Assembly: GCF_036321535.1 (NCBI RefSeq)
Contig: NC_087436.1
Span: 57,166,001-57,230,000, forward strand
Reading direction: 5' to 3'
DNA length: 64,000 nt
Source of the DNA: Camelus dromedarius
Taxonomy: Eukaryota
Shown: positions 38,091-49,850 of the stretch, in pieces
How the letters are laid out: each line of letters starts with the position of its first letter
How positions within the stretch are numbered: the stretch's first letter is position 1
The notes under the pieces: generated by a model
Told to the model about the DNA's origin: nothing
What the model saw: only the letters and a program-made list of their open reading frames with translations
Database searches by the model: none
Made by a program: the position numbers and the translations under genes

Positions 38091-39627
38091 ATAAGAATGA
38101 CTTATGGTAAATTGATGATAATTTGTTGTTCTCTTTGATTTTGTTTCTTTTCATTTGGTTTGATTTGATTATTTATTTAGCATTTTAAGAGAGTAGTCAT
38201 TTGTCCTAAGCCTTTCCTTATTAAAATAATACTGTTTTACTAAAGTCTTATTTTTATAAGCTATAACCCAATTTAGCAGGAATCATTTAGTATTTTTCCA
38301 TCATGTTAAGTTGTTGCAAAACAGTAAATGACACAAAAGTCACAGGCAAACTCCATTCTGGCAAATTCTCCATTATGAGTATGAGGTGATGGGAGCAAGA
38401 GTAGGGTTGGGGAAGAGTTGCTGCAGAATTTGCGGGCAGCTGCTTTTGTGGTGTCATAGATTCCTGTCTTTCCTTACTGCACTTAATCTCTGAGGATGGG
38501 GCCTAAGTATGAAGTAGATAAGCTCTCTCAGAAAGTTCCTTACCAAGAAGAGTCTCTGCATTATTGCCCAAGCTGCAAGGGTGTTTTGAGAACCCCCTCT
38601 AGTGCAAAATAGGAGGCTTGTTTATTTCATGCAATTTTTATTAGAGAAGTATTTAAAAATATGTTTATTGTAATTTATATTTTGGAAACCGTTGAAAAGT
38701 GTAAAGATGCAAAGAGCAATCCTTCTACCCATTAATCAGTCCAACATTCACAACTCCACCTTCCAGGTACAATTAGTAGTATTACATTACTATTTAGTAT
38801 CTTAGTGCATTTTAAAAAACATAGCTGTATTACATGTATCATCTTACAGTCTTTTTGTTTCAATTATATGCATTTCCTCTCATTGAAAACTTTCCCTAAA
38901 CAAAAGTTTTTATGGATGCTTAATATTCCATTCTGAATTTACCAGATTTTGCATAATCATTCATCTACATTTAGATATTTAAGTCAAATCCATTGAAAAA
39001 TTTTAGTTACTATAAAGAATTCTTATATAAACCTCTTTCTTTACTAATTCTCACTTATAATTCTGATAATTATTTTGTTTCCTTTTCCTTTTAAAAATTT
39101 TCGTGTATATTTTGGAATAAAGTGACCATCTAAGGCTTTTTTCACATTTCACACAAACTCAAATAGGCAAACTAACCATCTCCAATTAATTGAAGTATAT
39201 TCAGAGATAAGAGTAGCTTGAACTGGTAGCATTTGCAGCTATTCATCTCTCTGTGTCTCAGAATAATGAGCAAAAAATGTAGGGAAAAATTGGTGCTTAA
39301 GTTGAAATGACTATAGTTCTCATATAGTCATTAATTCGTCATAATTCTCCTTAATTAGCTCTATAAAAATAAATTTAAGTACAATCTTGATTTGTTGTTT
39401 AATAAGTTGTTTCCCTTCAGATTTCATTTAAAGCAAGAATTCTATGGCTCAAAAATACAAAGGACCATTAAAAATGGGATTTGACTGTCAAATGACAGCA
39501 CACAGGGTCAGTAGAGAAGCCTACGTCCTGTTTGTTTTATTTATCTTCTAAATCATATAGAAAATGTATTAAAGGGAAATGGATTCATTACTCAATGTAT
39601 GCACCAGTACATTATCTCCTTTACATA

Positions 39628-40639
39628 TAGGCAGACTTCTTTGCACAGCAGTGTGAGGCAGTAAAAATAACTGTGCAAACAATCCTAAAATCAATGAGAA
39701 GAAATTATGATTGTTCTGTGATCTTTAAACATTTTTGTCAAAACATTAAAAATTCTCCTACTGTTGCTTATACACTTGGATACATGAACAGCGACATGCA
39801 AAAAATAATAAAATGAATGTTTAGTACACCATAACATAAAACATTAGAAATATTGAGAGTTAATGTGTTTTATTTGTTTGTGAAAACTTATGTAGAGTAG
39901 TTTGGACAATGCTTGTCTTCATATGTATAACTTGCAGTAAGAACTGAGGATCCTTTCTCTGCATTGGTCAATTGTCATACTCCTTTTAACGTTTAGATCA
40001 ACCTCCAAGATTTTATCCTATGCATTTCAACAGTGAGAATTCCTTTTGTGTGAAGCTTTTTGCTTGAGTCACTTTCTCTGATACATCTTCAGTCTTTTCA
40101 TTTCCCATTTATATTTGCCTTCACTAAGTTCCTCTTGCTGGAGTCTCTAATGGTGACAGTGTCTACATTCACATGACCAATTATTCCTTCTACAATTGCA
40201 TTTATGTTTGATTCTAATTTCCAGCATCTCCACTTTTTTTTTTAGTTGCATTTTCATCTTCATTGGCCAGTTCCCTCTTTTGATGATCTATTTTTGTAAG
40301 ATGTCACCTGAGTTTGTCACTAAGAGACAAGAAGACAGCACAACTACACACTTTACTGTCTGTGTGTGAACTGAGTAACAGATGCTCAGTGATCAATCAC
40401 CAACAGACTTTGAAAAGAAGTGATGTGATTGCTCACTGATCATGATGTTCATCTTTTATTTATGTAGTGATTTGTGGACTGAAGAGTGAGAAGGGAAGTT
40501 TATACTTTGTGCAGTTTCTTACATTGAAGATATTGTAGTAACTGAAATTTGATCATTGGTAGGGGACAGGTGTTATTTAACCAATCCATGGTAACTAAAA
40601 TCTATGTGTATAGGAAGCATGCAAAGTCAGGACTGCCTG
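39628..40639 (-). mobile_element. non-autonomous Tigger (TcMar-pogo) DNA transposon, near full length
   Basis: Terminal inverted repeats taggcagacttctttgca / tgcaaagtcaggactgcctg with TA / TG flanks. The minus strand carries a transposase N-terminal-like remnant (IDHQKRELANEDENATK at ~40220-40270). Confidence 0.8.
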
Positions 40640-40962
40640 TGTTCTCTGCTCAAGCTGGAATATTATAATTCCCTCGGAGTCTCTGAGATTGGAGTTAAAT
40701 GAATTAAGAATATCGCAAAACTAGAGAATGTCTAAATATCTTGCTTAGTTTGCCTGTGCCTGTTGTTATTCTAGCACTACACCAGGATCAAGCATTTTTA
40801 TTTGTTTGTAAGCTATTACATTTCTTATCTTCTGCATCACTGCTATTATTACTTTATAAATATTAAGTATCAAGCATGAAACAATCAGAAAAATTCAATG
40901 CCAAGACATTTATGTACTTTTACTCTATACATATTTAGTTAAAAACAGGTATAGTATTTTAA

Positions 40963-41096
40963 TTTTATTTATTTATTTTTAGGGAGGAGGTAATTATGTT
41001 TATTTATTTATTTTTTAATGAAGGGGCTGGGGATTGAACCCAGGACCTCGTGCGTGTTAAGCATGTGCTCTACCACTGAGCAACACTCTCCCCCCT
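40963..41096 (-). mobile_element. tRNA-Ala-derived SINE (Vic-1-like) with TSD
   Basis: Same head and tail as the other copies. TSD caggtatagtattttaa (40946-40962) / caggtgtagtattttaa (41097-41113). Confidence 0.92.
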
Positions 41097-41113
41097 CAGG
41101 TGTAGTATTTTAA

Positions 41114-41500
41114 AAACTTTTTTATTTTAAAATAATTATAGACATAAGAAATTGCAAAGGATGGTACAGGGAGGTCCTGTGTACCCTTTACTGAGTTTCT
41201 CCCAATGGTTATATGTCATGTAACTATAGTACAATATCAAAACCAGGAACGTGACATTGGCATATATAAAGTTCTGTCATTTTTATAACCTGTGAGTTGA
41301 TATAATCACCACCACAAGATACAGAATTATTCCATCTTCACAATGATCTCCCTCATGCTACCTCTTTATAGTTACATCTAACTCCTCCCCTCTACATTCC
41401 CATCCTAACCCCTGGCAACCACTATTTTGTAATTTTGTCTTTTCAGAAATGACCAAAGTTTGTTTCTTTTTATTGCTGAATAGTATTATGTGTGTGTATT
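41114..41500 (-). mobile_element. L1MB/MC-like 3' end
   Basis: aaataattatagacataagaaattgcaaag...gtaactatagtacaatatcaaaaccagg...ctaacccctggcaaccact. Confidence 0.75.
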
Positions 41501-41649
41501 ATACTTTTAGTTTCTGTGTGTGCATTAAACATTTGTATAAATTGCATCATTTTATCCTTTTGCAACTTTCAGAAATCTCAACATTAAGTTTTTGAGATTC
41601 ATCCATATTGATCATAACTGATCTAGCTTATAAATAGCATATAGTTACC

Positions 41650-43560
41650 ATTTTAAATATTGTTTAACTAGTGATTTCAATCCATTTATACTTATTGCTG
41701 TAACTGGAGTATTTTTATTTATACTATCTTGTATTTAATTTTCCATTTACTTTTCTCTTGTTTCTCTTGCTTTCTATTGGAATGATTTTATTTATAATTT
41801 TCTTTTTTTATTCTTCTTTTGAAGTAATAAAATTTTTTCTATTCTTCCTGTGAATACTTCTTTTAAAATATTCATACTTGCTTAAAAAACTTAAAGTTAA
41901 TACATATCTTTAAATTTCTTATAAACTTTTAAGATACATTCTTTGAATCACCCCTCAGATTTTCGTGAGTGTTTTATTTCCATCATTGGTTTTACCTACC
42001 CCTCTCTAGTATTCATTATTATCATTGCTTCTATTGATTTACTTCCTGATTTCTTTGTTCTCAGTTGTTTTCCGAGTTCAATTTCTTTATCAAAGTTTAT
42101 TTATTACTAAGTCTTCAGGTATGGTTTGCAAGTGACAAGAAGCTACCTCAGCCTTTGAATATTATCCTCTCTCTCTAATTTTTTTTTATTATGAAAATTT
42201 CAAACATATAGAAAAGTAGAAAAATAGAACCATGTACACTCATATTGTTATTATCTGGACTAAAAAATTATGTTAACCTTTTTTTTGCCATGTTTGCACT
42301 CTCTACCTGCACACACATACACACACACACACTTTAGCTAAACAACTTACAAATAAATTCACAAACATCATGCTACTTCAACCCTAAATGCAGAGTTCAG
42401 CATGCTTTTCTAAAGATAGGGCCAATATATATATGAAATTCCATTACCATATATAAAAATATTAGCAACAATTCTCTAATATCAACTAATACTATGTATA
42501 TGTACAGATTTTGTCAAATTTTCCAATTTCTTAAAATCTCTTTTTTCAAACCGGGATTCCACCCAAAACTACACACTACATTTATTTGTTGTATCTCTTA
42601 AATCTTATTAATCTAGTATAGAGCCTATTCCTTCATTATTTTCATGACATTGATTTTTGAAGATACCAGACCAGTTGTTTTGAGAATGACCCCCTTACTG
42701 AATTTTTTGATTACTTCCTCATGATGTCATTTAACTTATTCCTCTATTCCCTGTATTTCTTATTACCAGCTTATCCTTATCTTTGAGTGATATTTGAGCT
42801 GGTTATAGAATTATAGGCTGACAGTTATTTTTCTTGAGCATTATTTTCTGGCTGCTATTGTAGCTTATTATAAGTCTATTGACAGTCTAATTTATTCTTT
42901 TGCAGATATTTGCTTTTAATTTTCTCTCTGCTTTTAATATTTTCTTTCTGTTTTGATATTCTATAATTGCAGCAAAGAGGTGTTTTGAAGTAGATACATG
43001 TTTGTTATTGTGCTTTGGGCTCTGTGATTTTTAAATCAAATAATTCTTGTCATTTATTAATTATAGAGATTATCAAGCACCATCTTGTTGAATATGTTTC
43101 TCTCCTCCTGGAACTCCTGTATCCTATATGCTGGATATTTTCTTTTTATTTCTCATGTTTCTTCTGTTCTCTTTCATATGTCTTATTCCTTCACTGCTCT
43201 TGCTATATTACCCCTGGGTAGTTTCTTCAGAGCTATCTTCCAGTTCTCTAATCTAATTCTGTAGCTCCATGTATTCTGCTATGTGTGTAATTCATCCTTT
43301 ACATTTTAATTTCCATATTTAATTCCAGAATTTCCTTTTCTTTTTGCTGAAGTTATACTTATTTTTTTCTGTATCTTGATTTTTTAAGGTAATGTTCTTT
43401 CTTTTCTTATAGTTTTTATTCTTTAAAATGTACTTATTTTATAGTGTCTTTCATATTATCTTGTTACCTGAAGCTGTAGGAGTCTAAACTCCCTGTTGTA
43501 TTGCTTATTGTGTTCATATTGGAATATTTCCTCCTAAGATGTGTACTTTGGAGTTCAGAT
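41650..43560 (-). mobile_element. highly degraded T-rich old L1/HAL1-like sequence with nested L1MC 3' end (~42180-42765)
   Basis: Strong T/C strand bias; ggttatagaattataggctgacagttatt and ataagtctattgacagtctaatt are ORF1-like antisense motifs. Confidence 0.5.
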
Positions 43561-44486
43561 CAGCTTTACTGATGATTGTTTATGTGTTTCTCCAGGACTA
43601 GAGAATCATGCTGAAGGAAAATAACTGTCACCTAGAATTCTATAATGCTAATACAGAGTAGCTTAGCATTTTCCTTGACCAGTTGTTTAAAATTAAAGAG
43701 TTGGGAATAAATTTCTGTGCTAATTTTTTTGGCTTAAGGATTCCTATGCCATAAGATAACACAGGCTGAATCTTCGCTTTTGAAAATAAATTTTTAGTTT
43801 TCTAAGCTGTAGAGCCAAACTTTTGGGTGGAATCCTCATCTTACACTGAAGAGACATCCCTTTTGGGATCTTAATTTCATAAAAGGTCTCATTTCTACCT
43901 CTATACAGTGCCTGGGTTCAAGGCCACATCTCTTGTCACTGCTTGAAAAATAAAACCTTAGCCCCTGGCCTCTAGGGCATGTAACCCATGTGTCTTGTAA
44001 GCTTCCTGTTCTGACTCCTTTCTGGCTCCTGGCTGTTTCTCTTTCTTTCATATGACATCACCTATTTATTTAAGTCTTTCTGCATGTGTGTATTCAGCCT
44101 TTTAATAGTTTTTTAGTACTTTTAAATTATGCTTTATTTTTTAAAAGTGTTAGTGTAGACCACCATATTCAAAGTCAGCCAGATATTAGTTCTAAATATA
44201 TGGAAATATTGAAATTGTCAAAAAATTATTTTTCATTGATATGCTTGGCATTTTAGAATAAAAAGTTTAAGGGATGATATAAAACTTTGTTTCATAAATA
44301 TTATAATATGGGGAAATATGCAAATATAAAATAAACTGGGAAAACAAGGGCCATGGATGTTAAAACCAATATGCTGAATGCACAGAAATATAGGTCTTGG
44401 TGTTCTAATTCCAATAAATTAAAATGATTAAATTATACATTCCAACTTTAAAGCGATCCTATTTCTCCTAATCAAGGGTTGTGCTG

Positions 44487-44804
44487 AATTTTATTTACAA
44501 ACCAGAAATAGATTCACAGACATAGAAAACAAACTGTGGTTCCCAGGGAGGAAAGGGAGCAAGGGAAGGGCAGATTAGGAGTTTGGAATTAACAGACACA
44601 AATTACTATACATAAAATAGATAAACAACAAGGATCTTCTGTATAGCACAGGGAACTATATTCAGTTTCTTATAATGAGCCATAATGGAAAAGAAACTGA
44701 AAATATTTATATGTATGTATATGTATAACTGTATCACTTTGGTATACTAACACTGTAAATCAACTGCACTTCAATAAAAAATGAGAATTAAACAAACAAA
44801 CAAA
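44487..44804 (+). mobile_element. 5'-truncated L1 3' UTR with TSD
   Basis: cagaaatagattcacagacatagaaaacaaac...tgtaaatcaactgcacttcaataaaaaa; TSD aagggttgtgctg (44474-44486) / aagggttgtggtg (44805-44817). Confidence 0.9.
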
Positions 44805-45257
44805 AAGGGTTGTGGTGGGAGGTGGGAGATGATGAGGAGGAGGAAGATGGTTACAGGCAGCTTATCATAACTTTTGAGTTTCAGTTTTTTCTTTTGTTGA
44901 CAATTAAGGGAATGCTTTGTTTTCAGTGTCAGAGTTGCATGTCCAGTGGAAAGAAAAGTCTTCTATTTTTCCCTTCCTGTGGAGACACAGGTGCATGAAG
45001 AAGGGGCAAGACCACAATGTATACGAACAACCTTATTTCTAAGGAAACTTAAGTTCAGTCTAAATAATAAAGTGGCTTCCCCAAATAGAACATATTTCAG
45101 CCTCTGTCACAACCTAATAGGAGGGGTCTAAGAGGCAAGAGATGACTCAGTCTCTTAAGAATCTTGTTGAAAAATTTAGACTTTTTTTTTTTCAAGTAGA
45201 TTATAGTGGAAATATTTACTAGTGAGAAAAGATCTCCAAACTTTTAATTTCGAGAGA

Positions 45258-45530
45258 TAATGTAGCTAAGAGTTTAAGTCATCTATTTTAAAACTGGAAA
45301 GACTTAGTTTGAATCCAAGCTCTGCTATTTATTAGCTCTGTTGCTTTCGGGCAAATAACATAAATTTTCTGACTCTTGGTTTGCTTATCTATAAAATGAC
45401 GAAAATAATACCAAACTCGCATGCTTCTAGTGAGAATTAAAATGAAACACTCACAAAATAGACTATATTAAGCACTTAGCACAGTGCCTGCAAGTAATGA
45501 TCACTAATATACACAAGAGCTACTATTATG
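45258..45530 (+). mobile_element. MIR SINE
   Basis: gtttgaatccaagctctgctatttattagctctg...tctataaaatg...agcacttagcacagtgcctg. Confidence 0.8.
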
Positions 45531-47759
45531 AAATCAACACAGATGTCAGAATCACCTGAAGTAATAAAGGCTCCAGAAAACTGGAAATGTGAGGAGCTTG
45601 TCTCTAACCATTTGGCTCAAATTCTGGGATTTCTAAGGCACAACAAATTAAAGGAGGTATTATCTTCATAGCTTGAAAATATTGTGGTGGGTCTTTTTCT
45701 ATTATGTGAGCCCCAATTTATAGAAAACTAAGCCTTGTTTTCTATACCTTGTTTGAGAAGGAAAGAGAAATACCACTTTTTGTGCATAAGCCTCTGTGAG
45801 TGCTCTCTGTTAATGTGTTTGCTCTGGTAGAAAGACTTTTATTCTCTATTACCTACTTAGGAAAAGATTGTAATAGGAAAAGGTTCTCAGTCAACCATAA
45901 ATCTCCTGTCTTTCCTTTTGTCAAAAAGTTCCAAGTCCAGATAATTTTTGTACTGATTAGAAAACATTTTCCCTGTGAGTAAGAATTTCTATTCCTTACT
46001 TTTAATTTGCCTATTCATTTTCCTAAGCAAATTTGCATCTTCTGTCCTAGGCTTAGAAAAAACTTATAATTATCTCATTCTTTTGAAAAGGCAGTGGTGA
46101 CATTGAGACACCTGAGTTTCATCTCTGGGCAACAGTGACAAATGGTCACTTGCAGTGCAGAGATCAAGTGCTGAGAGTGTGAGGTCAGCTGCTTTACATG
46201 ACACCTAATGGGGCTGTCATTTCTCAGGGTCCTCAGCCAAAGGCAGGGTGGCGACATGGTGTACCCATCACTAAGGTGCCATGTCTGGCATCTAAATAGA
46301 GTTCAGTAATTCCAGCGGAGCCAAGTTATTAGAGATCTAATTGCCATTGTCTAATAAATTCTTTTGAGGTCTTTGTGTTCGTTCACTTAAATATTCAATG
46401 TATCTAGGTAGAAGCAGTTATTAAAAATGTAATTGTTTTGTAAATTTTGATTTTTCAATTCCAAACACCCTCATGAATTAATAAACAGTGTTCAGATAAA
46501 GTAAGAATATTCATCAATAATGTAAGATTTTCTTTGTCATTGTTGGGGTGTATTACCTTACTACGCTGTTGATCAGAAACTCTGGGGAAATAACATATCT
46601 TCTGTAATAACCTCTGATCTTGGATATTCTAGATCACGTTTAGCTGGAGAGTTTTTACTTTAAATGAAAATGTTTTTATGCATATCTTATTTGCAGTAGA
46701 GTTTATTTGAACTCATCATCATCCTAAGCTTATTTCCAGTTATTACTTTCTGGCTTGCTTTTCCTAAGCTAGCTATAGAATACACAGTGGACTTTAAAAT
46801 AACAAGGCTATTTTTGTTTAAAGTGAGCAATGATGTTCTTGTTGCCAACCAAGGCAATAGAACATAACCTTCCCAAGGCATTTAGATGTTTCCCAAAAGA
46901 TTGATCCATAGTCAACAAATGGGGAAATATAAAAACTTCTCCAAAGGGAGTGAGTGCTTCCTTAAGTGACCTGATTGACAGCTCTAGTCTTGCCCAGTGA
47001 CACTGTCATTTGAGGGACACTACACTTTTTTTCCCCAGGTTTTCTGAAGTCTCTCTGGTATCATAAGGGGACAAACCCCTGTGGTACTGCCAGGCCCCTC
47101 TCTGTCAGAGGGCTAAGACCTGGACTAATTCATTGCAGAGCAGTTTAATTAAACTGCACCAGAGTTGTTTCCCTGGTAAAATAAGTGTGGGAAGAGAATG
47201 TGTGTCAAAAGGGACATGCCCCTTACTGTGTGTGCTTTATTGTTACACCACAGCTAATATATTGTGGGAATTCCCATGGAGTCAATGATAAACTGTATTA
47301 TCGAGCTCCATAAAATAGGCATTCTACTAGTGCAGGTTACTGTAGCTCACAATTCTATTAAATCTTCTAATTTATTGTATTATAGCTGTATGTGAGGTCT
47401 CATAAATTTATTATACCTCTTTCATCTAAAAAAAAAAAAAACCCATGCTTGTTTCTCCTCTCAAATAAAACCTCTTATTATTTGTTGTGTCTGTCTCTAA
47501 AAATGTAATAGCCACTTGTAAGAAAATATGATTACTGGCAGAGAAATGTAAACTGCATTTGACATGTCTTCTACTCTAAAATTAAGAAATTCTATTAAAC
47601 CTTGCAGTATGAGTACAAATACTGGTGCATGGAGACCCATTGGATTTTTATTTCCAGTTTTCCAGCAATAAGTTCACATAAATGACATCTTTATAATTTT
47701 CACTCTTTTCATCATTTTGTTTATGATAAAGGAATTTGCTTATAGTACTCTTTCTTCTT

Positions 47760-47890
47760 TATCATTTACATTGGAGACCAGCAGGAGGACAGAGATAACA
47801 TCTGTTTTGTTCATTTCTATATCTTCAATGCCAAATATGATGCCTGGCACATATTAGAGGCTCAATAAATATATGTTAAATAAATAAGGT
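47760..47890 (+). mobile_element. LINE-2 3' terminus
   Basis: tctgttttgttcatt...tgcctggcacatattagaggctcaataaatatatgtt. Confidence 0.75.
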
Positions 47891-48914
47891 GAATACAAAT
47901 TGCAGAAAATTCTGTTATTTCCTTTTGCAAATCTTCATATAAGTTTTACCTGTAAATTCATTAACATGTTTATTAATAACAGTTTATTTTTTATCAGCTG
48001 CAATTGCATGAATATTTGTTTTACTGCTTAAAATGATAACATCTAAAATATGCAGGAATAAGTTCATTAAGTTATGAAATTTCAGTTGCTACTTTTAGGT
48101 TACATTTCCACTTAGTTTTAGAAATCTTGATGCCTCAAAATAAGCTATGCTTTGAGCATTGAGAATAAGCTAAAGACTCTGTGGGCTGGCCAGTGTGACA
48201 ATTAGAAATGTAAACTGAGTGGCACTTCATATCCATTGCTGATCAGAATCATACCTATGCTGTTTGTAAGTGAGCCGAGATGAACTTAGAATTATTTCAG
48301 TTATAATTAGGAATCCTTATTTTGTTATCCTGAAGTAAAAAGGCAAGTGGGGATTGACACAGAAAGACTGGACATAGAATAACACTCTACATTATGTTAC
48401 AATCTCAGATCCCAGATGATGGTGAAAATGACCAAAAGCTGTTTTAGCAACTCTTTACCTTAGATAACTCTATGTGAAGGGAAATGATTAGTTTCAGTAC
48501 AGGTGGTCAGATACTACAAGAGGCATGAAGACAGTTGGTACTGTGAGCACAGTATCAGAGACTTGAGAGACCAAATCAGTCTTGGAAGTGGAATTGCTGT
48601 TTTATTCAAAATCATTTCTGTATGACACAATTGGGGTAAAAATAATGAGATTAGCTAATTTTCTTGTGCTGGCTATATTTCCCATGTTCTTGTTTAGCAA
48701 ATAAAGACAAATCTTCCTTTGGTATCATTCCTCTACGCATCATAAGAAAAACAAATGCCTTAAAACAGGTGCAATAAATGTGCCCAGAACTGACAACATG
48801 GGTCCCAGTGGCACCACTTGTCTCACCATGTCATGGAGGCCAGGACAACCAAACAGGTAGTATCTTGTCATGAGAAAGATCAGAGTTGTTCAGTGATTCC
48901 TGGGAGTTATTTGG

Positions 48915-49120
48915 CTTAGTGGAAGGACAGGATTTTTGGAATTCATCACTCCTGGATTTGAATCCTAGTTCTACCTCTTAATAACTGCAGATACAAGAAA
49001 ATTATCTAATTTTTCTGAGCCTTTTAACAAGATTTTAATGAAAATTATACTAGTGCATGCCGTGTGCTTAGTGTAGTTCCTGTCCCATAGTAACTTGTCA
49101 ATAGTTGGAATTATTAACCA
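48915..49120 (+). mobile_element. MIR SINE
   Basis: cctggatttgaatcctagttctacctctta...ttatctaatttttctgagcct. Confidence 0.65.
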
Positions 49121-49428
49121 TTATTATCCTTGCTTTCAAAGAATACAGGATAATATGGCAAGTCCTCCCATGGAGATATTTGAATAAAACAAGTTTCCTA
49201 CTATTGAATTATTATCTTTTACACTTGAATTTATATACTGTATCTCCAAAGAACAATGAATTAAATTGTAGTTTATAAGGGGAGCAAACCTGCTAATCAT
49301 CAGCTCTGGGGTTTTAACTAGCTTCCGTCTCTCTTCACTTGCTACGTTTTTGAAATGGACCAGCTCTACTTCTCCACAAAGCAAATGAGAAGTACAGGTT
49401 TAGATTACTACTCCACTCTTAACTTGTA

Positions 49429-49466
<38 letters not shown>
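49429..49466. repeat. (TATC)n microsatellite
   Basis: Directly visible, about 9 units. Confidence 0.95.
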
Positions 49467-49619
49467 GATACTGCACTAGGGAAAATGTGCTCTATTTATT
49501 CACTAACTAGAATTAATATTGTCAGAGAGATCATTGTGAGAGGTTCTAGAACTTTACAGCCAGAAAGAGATTTTGTGCTTCATCTAGTCTTTAGTCTTAT
49601 GTTTGACTAACATCTCCCC

Positions 49620-49850
49620 TGTGTAGCCTGTACTTTGTGATAAGCACTATATCAAGTGTGGTTCGTGGACTACGTCATTGAATGTTCACAATAAACCTAA
49701 GAAGAAGGTGTGCCCTCTGACCTATGGATTAGGACACTGAAGCTTAGAAAAGTTACATAACTTGCTCCAGATCATACATGTAGCAAATGGTAGAGCAGGG
49801 ATTAAAAAGGTAGTAATCACTCCAGGTCTGTGCTTCTAACTGCTTTGCAA
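49620..49850 (-). mobile_element. MIR SINE
   Basis: ggacactgaagcttagaaaagttacataacttgctccagatcatac...aaatggtagagcagggatt. Confidence 0.75.

Noticed and set aside
39306..39332. Perfect 10-bp inverted repeat AATGACTATA/TATAGTCATT
   Set aside because: AT-rich and isolated; roughly one such stem is expected by chance in 64 kb.
27981..47450. Inverted match AAGCATGGG+T-run at 27981 versus A-run+CCCATGCTT at ~47428-47450
   Set aside because: Only 9 informative bases plus homopolymer, with no further flanking similarity.
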